Part shown: in pieces, positions 48,985 through 59,305 of the stretch
How positions within the stretch are numbered: position 1 is the first letter of the stretch
Layout of the letters: every line of letters begins with the position of its first letter
NCBI GenBank assembly: GCA_963667015.2
Contig: CAXXJJ010000001.1
Location: 768,001-832,000 of the forward strand
Reading direction: 5' to 3'
Length of the DNA stretch: 64,000 nucleotides
Origin: Desulfatiglandales bacterium
GTDB lineage: Bacteria; Desulfobacterota; DSM-4660; Desulfatiglandales; HGW-15
Notes under the pieces: generated by a model
Seen by the model: only the letters and a program-made list of their open reading frames with translations
What the model was told of the DNA's origin: nothing
Databases searched by the model: none
Position numbers and translations under genes: made by a program

Positions 48985-49524
48985 TTGAAACCCTGTTTAA
49001 TTATCACAATCTTCATACTTGCTGTTTCATTATCAGGCAGGGCCGCTGAACTTTCCCTTGAAAGCTGCGCTGCTATCGAAGATCCGGGAGAGCGCTTTAC
49101 CTGCTACGACACCCTGGCAGGCCGTTTGCCTGCTGACAAGCCGAAGGCAAATGACACTGCCCCCGCGGCAGTTAACCCGGTAAAACCCGGGGCCAGCGTC
49201 ATTGCGCCGGCTGCCCCTGCTGAAACACAAACTGTCACCGCAGTTGACCCGGCACCGGATGCAGAATCAATCTTCGGTTTAGAGTATAAACAGAAGCCGA
49301 AAGAGGATAAGCTGCAGTTCAGGTGGACCAGGAAAGAGAAAGATGCCCACGGCAAGTGGATCATCTTCCTTGAAAACGGACAGGTCTGGCGTCAGACCGA
49401 TACCAGGCGTATTGACTTCAATAATTCCGAGCAAAGGGTAGTTGTCTCCCGGGGCTTTGCCGGTGGATTCTTTCTGGCAGAACCGGATAGCCGCATTCGG
49501 ATTCGTGTAAAAAGGGTCAAATAA
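48985..49524 (+). CDS. Secreted hypothetical protein
   Basis: GGAGG RBS, TTG start, signal peptide, CAAIED..ER..CYD, Pro/Ala linker, LENGQVWRQTD. Confidence 0.8.
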   Translation: MKPCLIITIFILAVSLSGRAAELSLESCAAIEDPGERFTCYDTLAGRLPADKPKANDTAPAAVNPVKPGASVIAPAAPAETQTVTAVDPAPDAESIFGLEYKQKPKEDKLQFRWTRKEKDAHGKWIIFLENGQVWRQTDTRRIDFNNSEQRVVVSRGFAGGFFLAEPDSRIRIRVKRVK

Positions 49525-49611
49525 AATGATTCGTGGTTTTTGGTTTGTAGTATATAGTTTTTAAACCAGGAACCATGAACTGTTTTTTCTTCCTGACAGC
49601 CTCCAGCCTTT

Positions 49612-49659
49612 ACCCTGTTAAATCCGCATAGCGGGTTGCAAAGCAACATTTAATAGGGT
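49612..49659. repeat. Palindromic element family A, copy 2
   Basis: ACCCTGTTAAAT [CCGC-ATA-GCGG][GTTGC-AAA-GCAAC] ATTTAATAGGGT. Confidence 0.85.
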
Positions 49660-49679
49660 GAAAAGCTTCAGCCTGTTTT

Positions 49680-50615
49680 TTATGAAAAAGCCAGCAGGAT
49701 CACGCCCGCAACGGCAATGACCGTGCCGGCTATGGCGCGGGATGCCGGGCGGTCCCCTTCAAGGAAATAGCTCATGGGCATTACAACCAGTGGGGTCATG
49801 GCAATGATCGGCTGGACAATGGCACTTGGTGTTGTGGCAAGCGCCCACTGGAAACAGATGATGCCCAGGATGGGACCTGTAGCCGCGTGCAGAATCACGT
49901 TTTTTATCTTACCTGTAAATGAATCCTTACGCCTCTCTTCCAGGGGTGGCGTTCGCCAGGGGGCGTGCCAGCGGCTTATAAGCCAGAACGATCCCGCAAT
50001 GAGAATTCCGCCCAGCAGCCGCTCATAGCCCGCGGTTGTTCCCAGGAGTATGTAGTCGCCCACCCCTTTACCCCGCATGATGGATGATCCCCCATCCAGC
50101 ACGCTGAATGCCTTGCGGCTGAAGACTGCGCCCATACTCTGACCCAGGGCTGCCAGCAGCCCGAATAGAATTCCCGAGGCATATTTTCTCTGTACGGCCT
50201 GTTCCTTCACCTGTTCCGGAAACAGGGCCAGGGTGGTTCCAAACAGGATAATCGTTATGGCGATAATCTGAAAAATATTGATGCCTGTGCCAAGCCAGAG
50301 CCACTCTGCCAGACCTGCAAGCGGGGCAGCAACACATTGCGACATCAGAAGCGTTAAACGCGACCCGATGCGCGGCAGCGCAAAAAAGACCCCCACATCA
50401 CCAAAGCCGAAACCGATGATACCGCTGACAAAAAACCAGGCAAAGACCTCGCTCCCGAAATGCAGTCCGCCCCATTGCGCCATGGCACCGGTGACAGCAA
50501 CCGCAAGCAGCAGACGCCAGAAATTAGCCGCGTTTTCCCCTATCTGTGCGATCGACTGCCGCGCCGGGAGCAGGCAGTAACTCCATAACAGGGTTGTAAT
50601 AATGGCTGGAAGCAT
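49680..50615 (-). CDS. DMT/EamA family transporter
   Basis: About 10 TM segments in two EamA halves; SGIIGFGFGD, IGSRL. Confidence 0.9.
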   Translation of the reverse strand: MLPAIITTLLWSYCLLPARQSIAQIGENAANFWRLLLAVAVTGAMAQWGGLHFGSEVFAWFFVSGIIGFGFGDVGVFFALPRIGSRLTLLMSQCVAAPLAGLAEWLWLGTGINIFQIIAITIILFGTTLALFPEQVKEQAVQRKYASGILFGLLAALGQSMGAVFSRKAFSVLDGGSSIMRGKGVGDYILLGTTAGYERLLGGILIAGSFWLISRWHAPWRTPPLEERRKDSFTGKIKNVILHAATGPILGIICFQWALATTPSAIVQPIIAMTPLVVMPMSYFLEGDRPASRAIAGTVIAVAGVILLAFS

Positions 50616-50710
50616 TTCAATTCACCTCTTTTAAGCGGCGGGAAAAACTTTCAATATCCCCTTTCGGGGTGTTACATTTACTGAATCCTGAACACTAACG
50701 CGGTTCCGGA

Positions 50711-52234
50711 TCATTTTATTATCAGGGGAGCAGACTTTTTATCATTTGTCTCCCCGCTTTTAACTTCTGCACTTATGGCATAGGCGCCAGCCCTGGGCAC
50801 CGCATTCATTTTCGCCTGGTAATGTATCATGGTCCTGTTTTTCCCCTGGATTTTGATCTCCTTTGACCGAAAGAGTGTATTGCCGTCCCTGCTGATGATA
50901 AAGGAAAAGAGAACCTCTATTTCGGATTCAGTATAGGAAAGATCCGGGGTGAAGCTCAGGTTGATTTTAAAAGGCTTGTTTACAGGAACCTCTGCAGGTG
51001 TTGTATTCAGGGCGTTGATCTCAAGGGAGGGCTCCCAGCTCTCCCGTTCAACTGCTGCAGGTGTTTTTCCTGTGCTGGTATACAGTTCGGCTGTTGCATA
51101 TTGATCCTCGTAAAACGCCCTGGTTGGGGAGGATACGGGAATCATGTTCATCAGATTTTTTTTTCGATTCAATACCCTGTCCTTATCAAGAGAAACGGCC
51201 TTTTGAAAATATTCCAGGGCCTTTTCCTGTTTATCAGTTAAATGGTAAAGGTATGCCAGGCTCATAAAGAGGGATGCATCTTCTTTTTCCGAAAGCAGGT
51301 TCTCCAGTGCCTGGACAGCCTCTTTTTTCTGTCCTGCCAGCCAGTAGCTTATACCCAGCATTATCTTAAAAACGTAATCAGATGAATCCATGCGTATTGC
51401 ATTTTCACAAAACTTTATCGCCCGGGAGTAATTTCCCTGGTAAAACTCGGTAACTCCAAGTGTTTTAGTCGCCTGCAAAGACTGCGGATCAATGTCAAGC
51501 GCCTTTCTGGAGGCAGCAGAAGCCTTTTCAAGCTGTTTCAAAGCCAGATAAAGATAGCCGCTTAAGGCGTAATAACTGCTGTTACCGGTTTTCATGGGCC
51601 ATGCATCAATAGCAGCGGTAATATCCTTAAGTGCTTTATCATAGTCCCCTTTATCAACGTACAGTTTGCTTCTTATGTATAACATATGCGCTTCTGCAGC
51701 CAGCTTGTCCGGTATAGGGGGAGTCCCCAAAGACTCACGAAAATCGGAAAATCTCGTTTCTACATCTTCCTTTAAAACATCACGGCTCGCATTCCATCCC
51801 ATTTTTACGTACACATTGCCTATCTGGTCCTCTGTTTTAGGGAAAGAAGATAAGTCAAAAGAGCGGTTGACATCTTTAAAGGCCTGTTCAATGTTTCCCA
51901 GGTTTCCATAGGCAAGCCCCCTGTAAAAGAAGGCATCCCCTCTCCCATTGCTCAACTGGACTGCCCGGCTGAAAGAATCAATTGCCTTTCGGTTCTCCCC
52001 TTTCCAGAACCAGGCCAGCCCTTCTAAAAACAGGGCATAATCCCTGTACTTTTTCTTTTTTTTAAGTTTTTGGCTCTTTCTGATGGCCTCATCATAGTTT
52101 TTGTTCTTAAGCTCATCAAATATGGAAGAAACCCTGGTCGAATTTATTACTTTTCCTGCATCAACAGGCAATGGTGTGATCATCAAAATAAAAAAGCATA
52201 AAAAATATATAAGCAGGAACCGTCTTTTCATCAT
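50711..52234 (-). CDS. Secreted tetratricopeptide-repeat protein with C-terminal Ig-like domain
   Basis: Signal peptide; multiple TPRs (AFFYRGLAYGNLG, YFQKAVSLD); beta-rich tail. Confidence 0.85.
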   Translation of the reverse strand: MMKRRFLLIYFLCFFILMITPLPVDAGKVINSTRVSSIFDELKNKNYDEAIRKSQKLKKKKKYRDYALFLEGLAWFWKGENRKAIDSFSRAVQLSNGRGDAFFYRGLAYGNLGNIEQAFKDVNRSFDLSSFPKTEDQIGNVYVKMGWNASRDVLKEDVETRFSDFRESLGTPPIPDKLAAEAHMLYIRSKLYVDKGDYDKALKDITAAIDAWPMKTGNSSYYALSGYLYLALKQLEKASAASRKALDIDPQSLQATKTLGVTEFYQGNYSRAIKFCENAIRMDSSDYVFKIMLGISYWLAGQKKEAVQALENLLSEKEDASLFMSLAYLYHLTDKQEKALEYFQKAVSLDKDRVLNRKKNLMNMIPVSSPTRAFYEDQYATAELYTSTGKTPAAVERESWEPSLEINALNTTPAEVPVNKPFKINLSFTPDLSYTESEIEVLFSFIISRDGNTLFRSKEIKIQGKNRTMIHYQAKMNAVPRAGAYAISAEVKSGETNDKKSAPLIIK

Positions 52235-52236
52235 TA

Positions 52237-55236
52237 TTATCTCCTATCGGCCGTGGGCAGGCCTTTAACAAATACAGCATAGCAGTTGTTCCATTGTTCC
52301 CAGTTCTTTTTATGACGCTCCTGTTTCTCGGCAGGCATATATCTTATACCCAGGTCATAAAACGGTTTTACCTCTTCCCTGGTGCAGCCTGCTGTCAGAA
52401 GATTTTCAGCTATATGCATGGAGTGAAATAAAATTTCATCTTTCAGGTCATATTGATTGCCATATTTCAAAAGCAGGTTTAAGGCATCCCTGGCTATTTT
52501 CATGTATTCACTTTTGTTGGTGAAGACCATTAACTGCATATTTGCCCGGCTCATAAGCGCATAGGCAAGGGCCTTCACTTCAAGCTGGTTATTCGGTTTT
52601 TTCTCCCATGAATACTGCACATCTATCCTTCTGGCCAGTGGTTCCAGTGCCATCCCAAAACTCTGGTAAGCCTCATCATAGCGGCCAAGGTTGCACAGGG
52701 ACAGGGCCTGCTGAACCAGCAGTTCTGCATATTTTCCGGCGCTCTCGTCGATGTCGCCCAGTTTTTTTTCAGGCGCCGTCAGGGCACTCTCATATGCCTG
52801 CTTTCTCCTTGCCAGCTCATTTCCGCTCTGAGGTGAAATAAATTTTTTCGATTCATTCAACCCCCTTGAAAAATCTTCACTCGTAAAATTACTGTCTATA
52901 TTTATTTCGCCCAGTTTCGGGTGTCCCGGACATGTAATTTTAATCCTTGTTCTCCCAATGCTTCTGTATGGAATACTGGACTCAAAAGCCTTATTCAACA
53001 CGCTGTAATTATAGAAATAATAGTCTTTGCCGTTGATATCAGCCTTGAGATATAATTTTTTATTCAGAATCGTTTCAGGTGCCATATTTTCAATAATAAC
53101 ATGTGGCATCCAATGGCTTTGATAGACGCGCCATACGACAATAGTGTTCCGCCTGGAACCCATAGGAGCTATATCGTCAAATTTCAGGTTTAATTTCGGA
53201 GCCGCACCCTCAAATGTATTGGCTGTTGTCGAAGTATTTTCCTGGGCAACTGCCTGCGCCTGCTCTTCCTGCTCCATGCCTAATTCTACTCCAAGCAGTG
53301 AAATATCCTGGCCGCTGTCATCGGTTTTAATTTCTGCAACAGTCTCTCCCCCTTCCATGCTGAAAAGAGAATCTGCACCGCCTGAATTTTCTACTGTTTC
53401 GTCTTCTTCTATACTAAAGGGTGGATCTGTATCACCAAAATCTTCTACTGTTTCGCCTCCTTCCATACTGAAAAGGGACTCTTCACCGCCTGAATCATCC
53501 TGAGCGGGTTTAATGGTAACATCGAGCCAGGCTGTCATTCCTTTATATTTAACCAGGATCATACAGATGCCAGGTTTAAATGCAGATGCACCGGCCGGGT
53601 TACCGGACCGGGAAATCGTCATAAGGCTTTCCATGGTTGTCTTCCAGACAAAACCGCCGTCGTCTGACGGATAGGGTCTACCCGCTGCATCCACAGCCGT
53701 AAATGCAGTCCGTTTATCAACATATATGGTGGTTGGACCGGCAATTCTTAATCCGCCATAGATTTCTTTCTGAGCGTCCGCTTCGGCCCCGGAATTATTA
53801 TTGTCTTCTGTTTTATCTGCGACCTTGTCCGGCCCTGCATCCGGAGTATCCGGCTGCTGAACTTTTGGCTCTTTTCTCTGGCATCCGCCGGCAAGCCCCT
53901 CATTGGCCCTGACCTCCGTCAGCGCCCTTAAGAAAGAATCATCTGCGGCTTTATAATCATCCAGGGATGTATCCTTTACATGGCATCGAACCACGGGCGG
54001 CGGCCCTGAATATATATCCGGTCGTTGACCTCGTGTAACAAAACCTGTTTTTTCCGCCTCAATTAACTTGCCTTCCAGCTCATAGATGTATTGAGGGTAA
54101 ACAGGTTCCGGCAGACTCAGTGCATTCAAATCAAATTCAAGATTGTTGAATTCTCTTTTCGATTGAGGAAACAGAGGCTCGTAATGTTTTCTGGCATCCC
54201 CTAACTCTTGTTTCAATTTTTTCCGATCACTGTCCAGATCCCTGATTTCCGCCGGCAGCTTATTAAGCCAGGCTATCATGGTTTTTGTCTGATCCAGCCT
54301 TAACTGGTATTCATCTCTTTCTACTGCCCAGGCACTTCCATCATGTTTTGCCATCAGGTTTTCATTGATCTTCTCCAGTTGTTTATTAAGGATGGCCAAT
54401 TCAACCCAAGCCTCCTCGATGCCATCCATGGCCTGCTTCATTATGGACAGACCTGCTTTGGCTGATGCATAGGCCTGTTTTACAGCCGCCACATCAGCCG
54501 CGCTTTCGCATGCTTTGGCTTTTTCCCGGGCGCTGGCAATACGGCCCTGAACCAGGCTCTCGCCCCCCTGAATCTCATCACGAAGGGCGGCAATCTTCTT
54601 TAATTGTTTTTTTATTTCAGTGCAGAGCTGATTTCCTCTATCCACAGATGCCCTGGTTATTGCTTCATGCTGCTGGATTCCATACTTTGCTTTGGGTAAA
54701 TAGCTTAGATTTGCGCCTATGCCTGCAAGGTTTCCCCTTTTCTCACTATTTATCCGATCTATTTTTTCTTTCAGCTCTTCAATCTTTGTCCTATAGTGCC
54801 TGAACTGCCATTTAAGATTGTCTTCCTGCTCTGCCCTCTCCTCTTTTTGCTGCTTAAGCCGACGTTCTTTTTCCCTTTTCTTTTTGAATTCAGTATAACG
54901 CTCAAGGGATTCAGGATTACCGTTCAGGGCATTGAAAATCGCCTGGTTCCGGTCCAGGGCATCTTCCAGTTCCGCCACCCTGTCCGCAGGCGGATGAGTA
55001 TCGAGTTCCAGTACAATATTCTGCATATTGACTTCGCACTTTTTCATCTGGGATGATTTTATGACAGATGGAGCGGCACTAAGAAGAGAAGCCATGCCTG
55101 GGTCAGGCAGTTGTGTGCTTGCAGCAGCGAGGAAGTGGTCGATGACATCCTGAACCTGGCCTGCCTTAGAGTGAACGGGAAGAGAAATAATGAATCCAAT
55201 AACAGCAAATAGCAGGGCATTTTTTAATTTTTTCAT
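52237..55236 (-). CDS. Large secreted multidomain hypothetical protein
   Basis: Signal peptide, long coiled coil, Ig-like segment, 3x18-aa acidic repeat, helical/TPR-like C-terminus. Confidence 0.8.
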   Translation of the reverse strand: MKKLKNALLFAVIGFIISLPVHSKAGQVQDVIDHFLAAASTQLPDPGMASLLSAAPSVIKSSQMKKCEVNMQNIVLELDTHPPADRVAELEDALDRNQAIFNALNGNPESLERYTEFKKKREKERRLKQQKEERAEQEDNLKWQFRHYRTKIEELKEKIDRINSEKRGNLAGIGANLSYLPKAKYGIQQHEAITRASVDRGNQLCTEIKKQLKKIAALRDEIQGGESLVQGRIASAREKAKACESAADVAAVKQAYASAKAGLSIMKQAMDGIEEAWVELAILNKQLEKINENLMAKHDGSAWAVERDEYQLRLDQTKTMIAWLNKLPAEIRDLDSDRKKLKQELGDARKHYEPLFPQSKREFNNLEFDLNALSLPEPVYPQYIYELEGKLIEAEKTGFVTRGQRPDIYSGPPPVVRCHVKDTSLDDYKAADDSFLRALTEVRANEGLAGGCQRKEPKVQQPDTPDAGPDKVADKTEDNNNSGAEADAQKEIYGGLRIAGPTTIYVDKRTAFTAVDAAGRPYPSDDGGFVWKTTMESLMTISRSGNPAGASAFKPGICMILVKYKGMTAWLDVTIKPAQDDSGGEESLFSMEGGETVEDFGDTDPPFSIEEDETVENSGGADSLFSMEGGETVAEIKTDDSGQDISLLGVELGMEQEEQAQAVAQENTSTTANTFEGAAPKLNLKFDDIAPMGSRRNTIVVWRVYQSHWMPHVIIENMAPETILNKKLYLKADINGKDYYFYNYSVLNKAFESSIPYRSIGRTRIKITCPGHPKLGEINIDSNFTSEDFSRGLNESKKFISPQSGNELARRKQAYESALTAPEKKLGDIDESAGKYAELLVQQALSLCNLGRYDEAYQSFGMALEPLARRIDVQYSWEKKPNNQLEVKALAYALMSRANMQLMVFTNKSEYMKIARDALNLLLKYGNQYDLKDEILFHSMHIAENLLTAGCTREEVKPFYDLGIRYMPAEKQERHKKNWEQWNNCYAVFVKGLPTADRR
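53330..53495 (-). repeat. Intragenic 54-bp tandem repeat, three copies
   Basis: GGEESLFSMEGGETVEDF / GDTDPPFSIEEDETVENS / GGADSLFSMEGGETVAEI. Confidence 0.85.
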
Positions 55237-55298
55237 GGGTGATTTCCGTTGTCACATCAGTTTTTATCAATAGGAGATGTCCGGTTTTGATATGGCTA

Positions 55299-55541
55299 TC
55301 AAAATTTAAATGAAATAGCAACGGGTGACCGGGAATCTTGAGGCTGAGCCGTATAAAACAGTACCTCTGCAGTTATGAATGATATAGTTGTGAACCATAT
55401 CTTGGCCCTTTTTTCCATATCAAGCAAGGGAATAACAAGAAGCAGTGCAAAGAAAATTAATGACGATAAAACCATTAATAATCCCAGCTTAAACTTCCGG
55501 TTTTTCTTTTTCCAGTTCAGTTGAGGCAAAATTAACTGCAT
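55299..55541 (-). pseudogene. Transporter-suffix-domain-like small membrane protein, apparently 3'-truncated
   Basis: KFKLGLLM..VIPLL..AEVLFY, then unrelated sequence where GG.LLGKE is expected (recalled family pattern). Confidence 0.55.
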
Positions 55542-55680
55542 TCCTTTCTCTATAGTAAACAATCCCATGTTGTTTATAAATTATTATTGTAACCATTCAA
55601 TTTATTCAAACTATATATTTATAAGACAGTGATTTTCATCATTACTTTTATATATTTTCATTATTCAGGAGGTATGAAAA

Positions 55681-56184
55681 ATGCAATCGTACATTAAAAA
55701 ATCGTTGTGCCCTTTTATACTATTGTTCATATTGGCGCTGACAATACCCGCCTATGCAAAAACAGAGAAAATCGAAAAAACTTTTTCAGTGGGGAAAGGC
55801 GGAACGCTGGTTATAGAATGTGACCTTGGTTCTATTAATGTCGTAACCAGGGACGAAGATGAAGTTTTTGTATCAGTTCAAAAGCGTGCCGCAAACCTGA
55901 AACAGCTTAAGAGCTTTGGAATAGAGATTGAACAGAGAGGCAACGATATTTATGTTAAAGGGAAAAACAGAAACCGTAGCGATGTCGGGGTTGTATTTTC
56001 AGTTGACGTTCCAAGAGAATACAATGTGATCCTGAATACGGGTAAAGGGCACATCTATGTTGCTGATATAAAAGGCACTGTAGATGCACATACATCCGGA
56101 GGAAACATAAAAGTTATCGGCATGGATGGTGACCTTAAAGCCGATGCACGGGGAGGAAAAATTCTCCTGGAAAATAAACGGTAA
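55681..56184 (+). CDS. DUF4097-like beta-strand repeat (putative adhesin) protein
   Basis: Signal peptide; GSINV, TGKGHI, TSGGNI, RGGKI repeats; AGGAGG RBS. Confidence 0.85.
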   Translation: MQSYIKKSLCPFILLFILALTIPAYAKTEKIEKTFSVGKGGTLVIECDLGSINVVTRDEDEVFVSVQKRAANLKQLKSFGIEIEQRGNDIYVKGKNRNRSDVGVVFSVDVPREYNVILNTGKGHIYVADIKGTVDAHTSGGNIKVIGMDGDLKADARGGKILLENKR

Positions 56185-56332
56185 ATCTCCTATTCAAAAA
56201 AATCAACGGAGTCAGATCCCGACACTGGACATCATCAATAGTTGGGATCTGAAATATATTTTATAAAATTGAAAGACAATAAAATATTGGGAAAGGTATA
56301 TAGAGATTGCGCGCAGGAGCCATTCAGGATTC

Positions 56333-56383
56333 ATCCTGTTAAATCTTTCAGGGAAGATTTAAGAAATATCTTGGTAACAGGAT
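56333..56383. repeat. Palindromic element family A, copy 3
   Basis: ATCCTGTTA...TAACAGGAT enclosing two inner hairpins. Confidence 0.75.
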
Positions 56384-56432
56384 CGGCCAGAATCGGCTCC
56401 GATTCCAGACAAGGTTAATCTTGCTGCAGATT

Positions 56433-57020
56433 TTACCAGATGAATGGCAAAAGCCGCCAGCGTGTTTTTTCTGCATATTCATTATAGCCGGGCAGCTCAT
56501 TTTTAAGGGTTTTGTCTTCAAGGGCAGTTCTGACTGCCATAACCATGACAAAGACAATACCTGCCCCTAAGGCCGGAAATGAACCCAGCAGCACGGGAGA
56601 GGCCAGATTAAACATAATGGAGCCGGTGTATCCCGGATGCCTGATCCATTGGTAGGGGCCACCGGTTACAACATAATGGCCCCGGTCTGCCTGAATCCGG
56701 ACATGGCTGGAAAAGAAACGGTTCACACGCATTGCCCAGGTGGTGAGTGCACTGCCGGCTGTCATCACTGCCAGTGCCGTAATCATCGCCGGCGTACCCA
56801 AATCATCTGTCCAGCCGAAACGGTGATCAAGCCCGGCTAAAATGACAGCCAGGAGCGGCAGTACAATTGCCAGAACAGGAACAATAGCCCGGTCCCATGA
56901 TTTGGCTTTGCGTGATGCATCCATCCGTTCCTTTACCAGTTCCGGTGATGAACGGAAAACCAGCCCTGTCAATGTTATCAGCACAAGCACATATGCAATC
57001 ATGAATATTACAGTAATCAA
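56433..57020 (-). CDS. Isoprenylcysteine carboxyl methyltransferase/PEMT family protein, probably 5'-truncated
   Basis: NRFFS..VRIQ.DRGH.VVTGGPY..IRHPGY, RT.LED..L..ELPGY..Y; lacks the usual N-terminal helix. Confidence 0.85.
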   Translation of the reverse strand: MITVIFMIAYVLVLITLTGLVFRSSPELVKERMDASRKAKSWDRAIVPVLAIVLPLLAVILAGLDHRFGWTDDLGTPAMITALAVMTAGSALTTWAMRVNRFFSSHVRIQADRGHYVVTGGPYQWIRHPGYTGSIMFNLASPVLLGSFPALGAGIVFVMVMAVRTALEDKTLKNELPGYNEYAEKTRWRLLPFIW

Positions 57021-57248
57021 AGACTGAAAGGGATTGGCAGTTTATTATATGCATCCCCGGTTTTAGCTGATGGGAAGATTTACATTACAAGCAGGAACGG
57101 TTCGACGGTGGTAATAAAACAGGGGCCTCAGTTTGAGGTTCTGGCCACCAACAAACTTGACGATTGTTTTTCCGCATCGCCGGTGATTGTTGACAACGAG
57201 TTATTTTTACGTGGTGATAAATACCTCTATTGTTTAACAGAAAAATAG
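57003..57248 (+). pseudogene. C-terminal fragment of a PQQ-like beta-propeller protein
   Basis: Hand translation: EYYSNQRLKGIGSLLYASPVLADGKIYITSRNG...SASPVIVDNELFLRGDKYLYCLTEK*; no start codon. Confidence 0.8.
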
Positions 57249-57310
57249 ATTAACTGCGGGAAATGGGGCGCTGTATAACCTAACAGCGTCCTCATCTTCA
57301 AACATTGCAG

Positions 57311-58192
57311 CTAATAGGATTGCACACCATGTTTTAACAGCAGTCTTGGAAGAACATCGTCAATGTTAAGGACATCATCATCTGTAAGTTCAATCAGGTT
57401 AAAACCATATTTTTGATAGATGTCCTGTTTTTCTTTTTTCCTTTTAAGATATTTCTCATTATTCTCGTAGCCCCAGAATTCGATATACACTTTTCCGGTC
57501 GGGATATAGAAATCAGAATACACATCTTCTTCTATTGGTAATTTTCTTTCATAGGCATGAACTATCTCTGCCATATAAAGCCAGTTGTCTATAATCATTT
57601 CTGCTTTTGATCTCACAAAGTGGCCGTCAGTTGAACGATGCTTTGCTTCAAATTTTTCTCTGAAGCCGTTATCTTTTGTGGTGGACTCTTCTTGAGTTTC
57701 TGTTGGTTCGTTTTTTTTAGTTCCTTTTATATCCTGAATTGAACTAAACAGAATTTTAGACTCAATGATAGATTCGGGCCACCGTACATAAGGTATACCT
57801 GACTTCTTGTCCTCATCCTGAAGTCCTCCCTGCTTCGCCCCTTGAATGGTCACCTGCCATCCCTTAATTGCTTTTTGGGTCCAGCCCAGTTCTGAAAGGA
57901 TAAAATTTATTTTATTAGCGGAAAGCCCGAAATGCTTGCCAATTGCAGTCGATGTAAGGTGTTTTTCTACCGAGACATCAAGACTGAGATCTTCAGGCCA
58001 TGTAATATATTTGCCATATTTTTCATGTGTCACAAATTTACCGCCAAGTGAAACCCCTTTATCTGTTAAAGACCAGACATCTCCTTTCTTTTCAATAAAT
58101 CCTTTTTGAAGTAATTGGGCAAACATATCATTTGTCGGAATATTAAATTTTTTTGATAATGCAGTTGTTGATATTTGTTTAATCTCATTCAT
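57311..58192 (-). CDS. Tandem winged-helix (antirepressor KilAC-like) protein with C-terminal PD-(D/E)XK-like nuclease domain
   Basis: Two ST.A..K.F...L...G....W..T..G...GG repeats; DGHFVRSKAE..IDNWL..YE..DFYIP..YIEFWG. Confidence 0.8.
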   Translation of the reverse strand: MNEIKQISTTALSKKFNIPTNDMFAQLLQKGFIEKKGDVWSLTDKGVSLGGKFVTHEKYGKYITWPEDLSLDVSVEKHLTSTAIGKHFGLSANKINFILSELGWTQKAIKGWQVTIQGAKQGGLQDEDKKSGIPYVRWPESIIESKILFSSIQDIKGTKKNEPTETQEESTTKDNGFREKFEAKHRSTDGHFVRSKAEMIIDNWLYMAEIVHAYERKLPIEEDVYSDFYIPTGKVYIEFWGYENNEKYLKRKKEKQDIYQKYGFNLIELTDDDVLNIDDVLPRLLLKHGVQSY

Positions 58193-58470
58193 AATGCACT
58201 AATCCTCTGTAATTTAAATGATAAGTAAAAGAATTTTAAAAAAGGATAAGATGTAATTCTAATGCTAAAATTGATTAATTTAGCTATCTGAATATATATC
58301 GGCAGGTAATGGAATTAATATAATTTTTAATTTTTTAATTTTTCGGCATTATTTGCATAGCTCATCTTCCAGTCGTTATTTTAAAAAAATAAATAATTTG
58401 CGCTTAAAACTTGTACCTCATACACATGGTATTGTTCATATCCATTTTTTGAAACCAGACTAAAGCGGTT

Positions 58471-58535
58471 TAGACTATAGGCTGTCAGGTTTTTCTGTCT
58501 TTACTACAGACTACAGTCTAACAGCCTAAAGCCTG
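58471..58535. repeat. Heptamer-like inverted repeat cluster
   Basis: TAGACTATAGGCTGTCAGG versus CTACAGA CTACAGT CTAACAGC CTAAAGC. Confidence 0.65.
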
Positions 58536-58543
58536 TTTTATTA

Positions 58544-59083
58544 TCACTTTGATTCAGCCATTTTACCTTCCACCAGCCCGATGTTGTGCTGGATCAGCTC
58601 AACCAGTGAATCCTCTCCCTGAACTATTTCCAATGCCTTTCGGTAATCCTCCAGAGCCAGTTCGTTCTGTCCGGATATATAGTAAGCCGTACCTCGTGTG
58701 TTAAGCGCCTGCCATAAAGAGGGGTTAAGCTTTACCGCCCGGCTGCATGCGTCAACAGCCTTTTTTATTTCGCCTTTGCTGGTAAGGGCAGCACACAATG
58801 CATTGAAAGCAAAGTATCGAAGCCGTTTTGCATCTGCACCAGACACATTTTTAAGACTTGCGACATATTCGCGCGCCTTAATAACTGCGAGCTCCTTTTT
58901 CCCCTCCTGCAGCAGTGAACGTATCGCAATTATTTCGTTGGGTTCGGAAAACCATACAACAGATGTCGGGTAATTACTGTCCACGCCCTTTATCCTGGTA
59001 CCAGTGGATTCTTCCGCTGCCGCATACAGCCCTGAAAAAACGAATAAAATCGATATGATAACTATTGATATTTTCCTTTTCAT
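58544..59083 (-). CDS. Secreted TPR protein
   Basis: GGAGG RBS, signal peptide, ACSRAVKLNP..ALNTRGTAYY. Confidence 0.85.
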   Translation of the reverse strand: MKRKISIVIISILFVFSGLYAAAEESTGTRIKGVDSNYPTSVVWFSEPNEIIAIRSLLQEGKKELAVIKAREYVASLKNVSGADAKRLRYFAFNALCAALTSKGEIKKAVDACSRAVKLNPSLWQALNTRGTAYYISGQNELALEDYRKALEIVQGEDSLVELIQHNIGLVEGKMAESK

Positions 59084-59189
59084 AGAAGCACCTCCTGTAA
59101 AAACAGTGTCTATCAGACAAAAACGTTTAAATTGTTTTAATTTAAGGATGATTTGCAGGCAAGTCAATACAGGTACAGGGGACAGTCAA

Positions 59190-59218
59190 TTGACATACAA
59201 CGCAAATCTTCCTATACT
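59190..59218 (+). promoter_or_regulatory. Sigma70-type promoter
   Basis: TTGACA-N17-TATACT upstream of the protease gene. Confidence 0.65.
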
Positions 59219-59305
59219 TCATTTCTCAAAGAATTTTTATCATCTGAAGATATGAAGAAAAAGTGAGACAAGCAGGTTTAAAAATTATTTTCTATTTCTC
59301 TTTAT

